This document shows, piece after piece, positions 57,873 to 64,000 of a DNA stretch of 64,000 bases (within the stretch, counting starts at the first letter, position 1; each line of letters begins with the position of its first letter). The notes under the pieces were generated by a model. That model searched no databases. It was not told the DNA's origin and worked only from the letters and a program-made list of their open reading frames with translations. The stretch is taken from NCBI GenBank assembly GCA_052168235.1, contig JBQLZK010000035.1, positions 11,696 through 75,695 of the forward strand, given 5' to 3'. The translations under genes were made by a program, and so were the position numbers. The DNA is from Thainema sp. (GTDB taxonomy: Bacteria; Cyanobacteriota; Cyanobacteriia; Phormidesmidales; Phormidesmidaceae).

Positions 57873-58973
57873 TTACGCCTCCCGTACGCCAAGTCCCAGC
57901 ACTGTTGCTAACCCAGGCCGCTGTGCTTCTGAGATTTCCTCATCTGTTTCCAGCGCCAGTGTCTCAACTGGATCAATGCGAGTCGTGGGTAAGCTGAGCC
58001 GTTGAGCAAAGAACTCGTCTAGCTGTCCGATAGAGCTACCCGGCCCCGCTAGCAGTAGTTGAGCCACTTCCAAGTTGTCACCCTGATTGAGATAAAAATC
58101 GATGGAGCGCCGTAGTTCATCCGATAACTCACCTAATACCCTCAACATGGCGGCAGTTCCAGGATTCGTTCCGCCCAACTGGGGCGTTCCCACACTGTCC
58201 ATCGGCGTGGCTGGAATCGTCATCCCTTGCAGCATGTCCGTATTACGAGACGGCGGCAAATTCATGGCTCGATTCAGCTGGCTTTGTACCTGATAAGTAC
58301 CAATGGGCACCGTCCGTGAAAATTGTGGTATCCCGTCAACCGCAATCGAAATTTCTGTGCTTTCGAACTGGATATCAACAATGGCAGCAGCTTCTTGAGG
58401 CGTAAAGTTTCGCAGCTGCTCCCGAATCGTACGAATTAAGGCAAAATTGCTGGTTTCCAGTACATCAAGCGCAATCCCAGCTTGCTGAAACGTATCGAGA
58501 TACGTATCTGTTACCTCTTTACGCACGGCAACTAGCAGCACCTGAACTTTCTCAATCCCGTCCTCGTCTTCAAAAAATCCCAGCTTTTGATAATCAACAT
58601 CTGCCTCTTCACGCGGAAAGGGCAGATAAAGACTGGCTTCCTGGTTCAACACCATCTCCCGTAACTCCCGGTCATCCAGCTCGGCTGGAACTGGGATAAT
58701 ACGAGTAATTGCTCGTCCGGGAATGGCCGTGGCCGCATTTTTGACTTTGAGTTTACTTTCAGCGAGGGCTTCTCGCAGGATTTCAGCCATCGCGATGGTG
58801 TCGATGATCTGACCTTCTTGAAAGATGCCTTCGGGAACCTCTTGAGTATAGAAGTTCAGCAACTTATACTTCGCTCCCTGCCGACGCACGCGAGCGATGT
58901 TGATGCGATCGGGAGCGAGTTCGATACCGACTCCCTTAGATTTTTTTGAGAACAGAGATTTTAGGCTATTCAC
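57873..58973 (-). CDS. pilM: Type IV pilus assembly protein PilM
   Basis: YLPFPREEADVDY, ELRRSIDFY and GLGVRE motifs. Confidence 0.95.
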   Translation of the reverse strand: MNSLKSLFSKKSKGVGIELAPDRINIARVRRQGAKYKLLNFYTQEVPEGIFQEGQIIDTIAMAEILREALAESKLKVKNAATAIPGRAITRIIPVPAELDDRELREMVLNQEASLYLPFPREEADVDYQKLGFFEDEDGIEKVQVLLVAVRKEVTDTYLDTFQQAGIALDVLETSNFALIRTIREQLRNFTPQEAAAIVDIQFESTEISIAVDGIPQFSRTVPIGTYQVQSQLNRAMNLPPSRNTDMLQGMTIPATPMDSVGTPQLGGTNPGTAAMLRVLGELSDELRRSIDFYLNQGDNLEVAQLLLAGPGSSIGQLDEFFAQRLSLPTTRIDPVETLALETDEEISEAQRPGLATVLGLGVREA

Positions 58974-60173
58974 GGCGTTGTCTGCTTGCTGAGTAACGCG
59001 GGGCAGTAATCAATATACGAGATATATGAATTTTGCAAATCGAAAGAGATGCACGAAAACTAAATAGAACGCTAGACCTAGTAGTTATCAGAACCAACAA
59101 AACGAGTTTGAGTGACTGGCTTTGGTGACTGGTGCTGATGATGGTACCCAATGTTAGGTCAGAATTTTCAACCCGAAACAAAGGATACAAACCTTAAAGA
59201 AAATCGAAACCCGTTCTGCAATGCCATTCTGGAATAGCACCACAAACCGTTTGCTAGTGACCATTGCCTCTAGCACCAAGCGCTTACTCCCGTGACTGGA
59301 ATGCAAGCAGCTATTCAGTTAACTGATCGAACCTGATTGATCAAACCGATTGGGAGATGAGTTTGCTCTATTACAGGCTAATTAATCTGCGGCAAACGAA
59401 TTGAAATTAAGCGACGCTGCAACGATTTGGAACATTCAAAAACCGCAATCCACAATCACGACACTGCGTACCACGGCAGGCCTTAACGATGAGGCCCGTT
59501 CTCCTGTACCATCTGTTGCCTTCGCTTTGCTGCACATAATGTTTTGGTGTTGCTACTGCTGCGTGTTTGCTCCAAGGTACGATTGCACTTCATCACTTCG
59601 CACTATTCCGCACTCAATCGATGCAATAGGGTCAGCAATGTGCGATCGCAACAAACAAATCAGTCAGTTTAACTTAACTACTTCAAACGAATCTCAAGCA
59701 TCCATCCTTACCCAAACGCCTAAATTGAGATCGGCCAACCTCAACTTACGCATCTTAATTTGGGTCATTCATCTATATGTTAGCTAAGTCAATCAACACT
59801 ACCTGCTGCGATATTACACATAAATTGCAGAAATGGGCACTAAATTTGGAAAAAAGTTTGAGATTTATTGGGAAAGGGGGGCATATATGGTGTGAGACAG
59901 GGGAAAACAGAGAAGGACGACAGATGGGGGGAAGACGGTAAGGGGTGCTAAAAGACTATAAAGGTTAGGAAAAGGCGGTTGAGTGCGCGAAATACATCAA
60001 ATCCACGGCTTCAGGAAATCAACAGGGCGTTTGCTGAGGCGAGAGTTGGTGGCTTCGAAAAGGTGTAGAGGTGGAAGAGACGGTGAAAACTTGGTGAAAT
60101 CTTGCTTGGTCAGGCAAATCGCGACACAATAAAAAGTAATGTTTAATGACGAATTGCAACGTTTGCTGTTTTT

Positions 60174-61478
60174 ATGACCCTGGATTGGCCACCAGCGACT
60201 CCACAAGCTCCAACTTCTGATCGCCTTGCCTCGCCACGAGTTGAACGAGGACAAGCGCCTTTAATTAATTATGATCTGACGATTGTCGGCGGCAGTGTAG
60301 TCGGATTGACGCTGGCCTGTATGCTGCATCAGTCAGGGTTAAGAGTGGCTGTGATTGAGGCGCAGCCACCAGAGATGGGAGCGAGCCGACGCCAAGCCTA
60401 CGCATTGTCCTTAGTATCTGCGCGAATTTTTGCGGGGATGGGCATTTGGTCAGACATTGAGCCATACGTCACCCGCTTCGATGGTGTCCGGCTTTCTGAT
60501 GCTGATCATCCGCAAGTAGTAGAGTTTACGGCTCAAGACTTAAATACAGAAGCCATCTACTATGCAGCTGAACATTCCGTCTTGATGACGGCGCTGCAAA
60601 AGCACATTCAACAAGCGGATGCAGTGGATTATCTCTGTCCGGCTCGTCTCAATCAGGTTGAATATGGGGATCAAGCGGTTACGCTCCAGATTGACCAGGA
60701 TGACGCGGTGCGGTTGGTTCAAACTCGTTTATTAGTAGCCGCAGATGGAGCGCGATCGCGGATTCGGCAGCAGGCCGGAATTGATACAGATGGCTGGAAA
60801 TACTGGCAATCCTGCATTACGGTACTGCTTCAGCCGGAACAATCTCATCAAAATACAGCCTATGAGCGGTTTTGGCCCAGCGGACCATTTGCCATTTTGC
60901 CGTTGCCCAACAATCGCTGCCAGATCGTCTGGACAGCGCCCCATGCCGAGGCTGAAAGCATGATGACGCTAGAACCGGAGCAGTTTATGGCTGCACTGAG
61001 GCAGCGCTACGGTGATCAGATGGGGCACTTAACTCCGCTCAGCGACCCGCTGCTGTTTCGCGTTCAACTGATGCAAAGCCAGCAATATGCCAAGCCCAGG
61101 CTGGCGTTGGTTGGGGATGCCGCCCATTGCTGTCATCCGGTTGGCGGTCAAGGCTTAAATATGGGAATTCGCGATGCGGCGGCATTGGCCCAAGTGCTGC
61201 TGCAGGCACAGCGTCAGGGCGAAGATCTCGGCAGTTTACGAGTGCTGCAGCGATATCAGCGCTGGCGCAAGCTGGAAAATTACCTAATCCTAGGGTTTAC
61301 CGATTTTCTTGATCGCTGCTTTTCGAATTGTTGGCTACCGCTGGTTTGGCTGCGTCGTCGCGGCATTTGGGCTTTGAAGACAATTCCGGTTGTGCGGCGT
61401 TTGGCTCTGCGGGTCATGGTGGGGCTGTTCGGTCGTCTACCAGAGCTAGCGCAGCGGCCCACTCGTCACAACCTGTAG
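60174..61478 (+). CDS. UbiH/Coq6-family FAD-dependent hydroxylase
   Basis: IVGGSVVG, VAADGARS and GDAAH..HPVGGQGLNMG motifs. Confidence 0.92.
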   Translation: MTLDWPPATPQAPTSDRLASPRVERGQAPLINYDLTIVGGSVVGLTLACMLHQSGLRVAVIEAQPPEMGASRRQAYALSLVSARIFAGMGIWSDIEPYVTRFDGVRLSDADHPQVVEFTAQDLNTEAIYYAAEHSVLMTALQKHIQQADAVDYLCPARLNQVEYGDQAVTLQIDQDDAVRLVQTRLLVAADGARSRIRQQAGIDTDGWKYWQSCITVLLQPEQSHQNTAYERFWPSGPFAILPLPNNRCQIVWTAPHAEAESMMTLEPEQFMAALRQRYGDQMGHLTPLSDPLLFRVQLMQSQQYAKPRLALVGDAAHCCHPVGGQGLNMGIRDAAALAQVLLQAQRQGEDLGSLRVLQRYQRWRKLENYLILGFTDFLDRCFSNCWLPLVWLRRRGIWALKTIPVVRRLALRVMVGLFGRLPELAQRPTRHNL

Positions 61479-61577
61479 TTTTCTGTTCCTATAGTTGTCC
61501 CTATGGTTCTCTGTATCCTTTGTGCTCAGTTGACCGCTACGCGGACGCGAACTACCGCACCCAGTACGTTGCGAGAT

Positions 61578-63815
61578 CTAATGACTATACCCTTCAACTT
61601 GCCGAGGAAAAATGATTGTAAAGGTTGTTAACTGGTGCTGGCTAATAACCTGAATGGTGCCGCCTAGTCGCTCAACTAAGCCCTTGATTAGCGCCAAACC
61701 TAGACCTGTCCCGCCATGCTTCCACGGGTCGTTTTTAGGGACACGATAAAACTTTTCAAAAATGCGATCGCATTCTTCGGCTGGAATTTCGGTACCGGAG
61801 TTGCTCACCTCGATCGTGACCGTTTGTGCCTGACTCGCTACTTGGATAGCAATCGTTGCCCCGGCAGGAGTGTATTTGCAGGCATTATTGAGCAGTTCTC
61901 CCAGAATCCGCTCAAAATAGTTTGGCTCTGTGGTCAAAAGCGGTAAATCATCAGCCAAACATAGCTGAAACTGTTGATCATACTGGCGCATCCGCTCGAT
62001 AAACGGCTCAGCGATCCGCGGAATGCGATCGCGCAAGTCAATTAGATCCCAATTGATCGGCTCCGCTACACTGCTGAGACGAGTGATATCTAGCAAATCG
62101 TTAATCAAACTAATTTCGCGATCGCACTCCTTGCGCAGAATCTGAAAATACTGCGCAGCAGCACCCGTCTCTTGCAGAAATCCATCTCGCCGCAGAGCAA
62201 TCTCCAACATCTGAGTCGCCATTTTGATATTGGACATTGGCGTGCGCAGCTCATGGGAAACCGTGCTCAAAAAATCATCCTTGAGCTGATTAATTGTCTC
62301 TAACTCCTGCACTTCTGTTTGGGCGGCTTGGTAAAGCCTGGCCTGACGCAGTGCGATCGCACATTGATTCGCCACCTGCTGCACCAGACGAATGTCTTGT
62401 TCACTGTAAGCATGGTAGCCGTCATGAATGAGCCACAAATCTCCCAACACTCGATTTGCATCCTGAATCGGACAGCACAGCATCGCTAAACGACCCTGAC
62501 CTGGACGAGTTGCCAGCGAACAAAACTGAAGATACTCACCACGCAACAGCGGCTCATACAGCTCTGGAAAATCACTGATCTGCGAAACCCGACCTTGTGA
62601 CGGTGCAATTGACGTTGTGTATTCGTAATAAATGGTTGACGTTCCCTCTTCCAAATCGAACAGGGCCGCATTGCAACAGTCAATCCGCAATCCTTTCGCT
62701 AATTCTTCAACCGCAGCCTGTAAAATCTGACCTTCATCCAAGCTGTCCCGCACTTTATCCGTAATCCGCTTGAGGGTCGCCTCAAATTCAAACGCCAGCT
62801 CTAATTCTGCCGTCCGGCCCTTTACTTGCTGCTCCAACTGCGCACTAAACCGCTGCACTTGACCATACAGTTCCGATTGCTGAATCGCAATCATCAACTG
62901 ATCCGCTAGCTGTTTGAGCAAATCTTGTTCCCACGCTCGCCACTGGTGAGCCGACTGGCAATTTTGAGCCGCCAGTAATCCCCACATCGATTCACCCTGC
63001 ATAATCGGCACCACTAAATTTGCCCGTACATGCAAATTGCGCAGTAGCGCCGTATAGCTTGGATTTACATTCTCTGAGTTTGTATCGTCAACCGCCCAGC
63101 ACTCCCACTGGATTTGCTTAAGATAAGCATCCTGAAACTGGCGACCGAGAATAGAGTACTCAGCAGAACGAACCGATTCTGCAATCACCCTACAGCTTTC
63201 TCGATCCTCAGACGTTTGGCAAACTAGCGTTCGATCAACATTCAGCAACTGCCGAATTTCTGTGACAGCTGTTTCTAGCGTTTCATTCAAATTGAGAGAC
63301 TGATGAATACGTTGTGAAATCACAGCAAGCAGCCGATCACGCTCAGCCTGCTGTCGCAACGTTTCTTCAACGCAAATCCGATTCCTAATTTCGGCCTGTA
63401 GCTTAATATTTTGGGACTCCAATTGCTGCTGCAGGCGATATAGACGTAACTGATTGTTGATCCGAGCCAGCATTTCCATTGGTGGAATTGGCTTAGTAAT
63501 GTAGTCTGCTGCCCCAACCTCAAATCCCTGTGCCTTCTCCGATTCACCCGCCAACGCACTCACAAAAATTATGGGTAAATCCCGAGTTTCAGGATTGGCC
63601 TTTAAGCGTTTACAGACTTCATAACCATCTAGAACTGGCATCAAAATATCTAACAGAACAAGATCTAGCGGCTCTTGCTGAACAATCTGTAAAGCTACCT
63701 CACCATTATTGGCTTCAACGACATCATAGCCATCTAAATTCAGCAATTCGTGTAAGAAATCGAGATTGCCGGGATTGTCATCAACAATTAATATTTTCCC
63801 CTTCTGTGCCTGCAC
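61578..63815 (-). CDS. Hybrid sensor kinase (REC-GAF-GAF-HisKA-HATPase)
   Basis: ILIVDD/LLDILMP receiver, two GAF domains, SHELRTP, NACKY and GTGLGL motifs. Confidence 0.93.
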   Translation of the reverse strand: MQAQKGKILIVDDNPGNLDFLHELLNLDGYDVVEANNGEVALQIVQQEPLDLVLLDILMPVLDGYEVCKRLKANPETRDLPIIFVSALAGESEKAQGFEVGAADYITKPIPPMEMLARINNQLRLYRLQQQLESQNIKLQAEIRNRICVEETLRQQAERDRLLAVISQRIHQSLNLNETLETAVTEIRQLLNVDRTLVCQTSEDRESCRVIAESVRSAEYSILGRQFQDAYLKQIQWECWAVDDTNSENVNPSYTALLRNLHVRANLVVPIMQGESMWGLLAAQNCQSAHQWRAWEQDLLKQLADQLMIAIQQSELYGQVQRFSAQLEQQVKGRTAELELAFEFEATLKRITDKVRDSLDEGQILQAAVEELAKGLRIDCCNAALFDLEEGTSTIYYEYTTSIAPSQGRVSQISDFPELYEPLLRGEYLQFCSLATRPGQGRLAMLCCPIQDANRVLGDLWLIHDGYHAYSEQDIRLVQQVANQCAIALRQARLYQAAQTEVQELETINQLKDDFLSTVSHELRTPMSNIKMATQMLEIALRRDGFLQETGAAAQYFQILRKECDREISLINDLLDITRLSSVAEPINWDLIDLRDRIPRIAEPFIERMRQYDQQFQLCLADDLPLLTTEPNYFERILGELLNNACKYTPAGATIAIQVASQAQTVTIEVSNSGTEIPAEECDRIFEKFYRVPKNDPWKHGGTGLGLALIKGLVERLGGTIQVISQHQLTTFTIIFPRQVEGYSH

Positions 63816-64000
63816 AAAACTTAACCCGTATTATCGAACATCCTTGTTAGTACAAATATGGCCGTATCTTGTCTCAAAATAACTACTTGAAATTCTCGTT
63901 TTCAAAGGTATAAGAATGTCAACATTCAACGTCTTATTCGATATCTTAAGGGAACCTCGATTAATTGAGGTTTTGGGACAAGGGTGTCTCATTTGAGACC

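Larger units (their letters stand above)
1..64000. repeat. HIP1 octamer GCGATCGC, dispersed throughout
   Basis: Dozens of copies, frequently as TGCGATCGCA; several cluster in cobD. Confidence 0.95.

Noticed and set aside
59401..59787. 128-aa ORF upstream of pilM
   Set aside because: TTG start, no recognisable domain and atypical composition; cannot be supported.

Overview
Chromosomal segment of a cyanobacterium, with dense HIP1 (GCGATCGC, often TGCGATCGCA) and roughly 50% GC. A filamentous Leptolyngbya/Oscillatoriales-like host is my inference. Most of the window is housekeeping: prs, ctaCDE with divergent ctaAB, rsmI, a desC-like desaturase, ndhV, dnaG, hemB, sphR-sphS, rodZ, cobD, HU and pilMNOQ. 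I saw no CRISPR array, tRNA, rRNA, transposase or phage genes. Main highlights: (1) a chromosomal ParM/actin-like ATPase and small ParR-like partner with no plasmid context, behind a sigma70-type promoter overlapped by a LexA-like palindrome; (2) a 'threonine synthase' plus MoaD/ThiS sulfur-carrier operon preceded by a perfect IscR/Rrf2-type operator, suggesting carrier-dependent homocysteine or cysteine synthesis; (3) a single NsiR1-like sRNA with a DIF1-like promoter motif; (4) two ~310-bp GC-rich elements with A/C-rich tails in inverted orientation around a transketolase-like gene; (5) many tiny mobile repeats (REP/REPIN-like, MITEs, a nested insertion with target-site duplication). Also present are a frameshifted histidine kinase, gene fragments, a divergent gene pair with overlapping ATGs and a secreted five-repeat peptide. 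All calls are by eye from motifs, with no database search.
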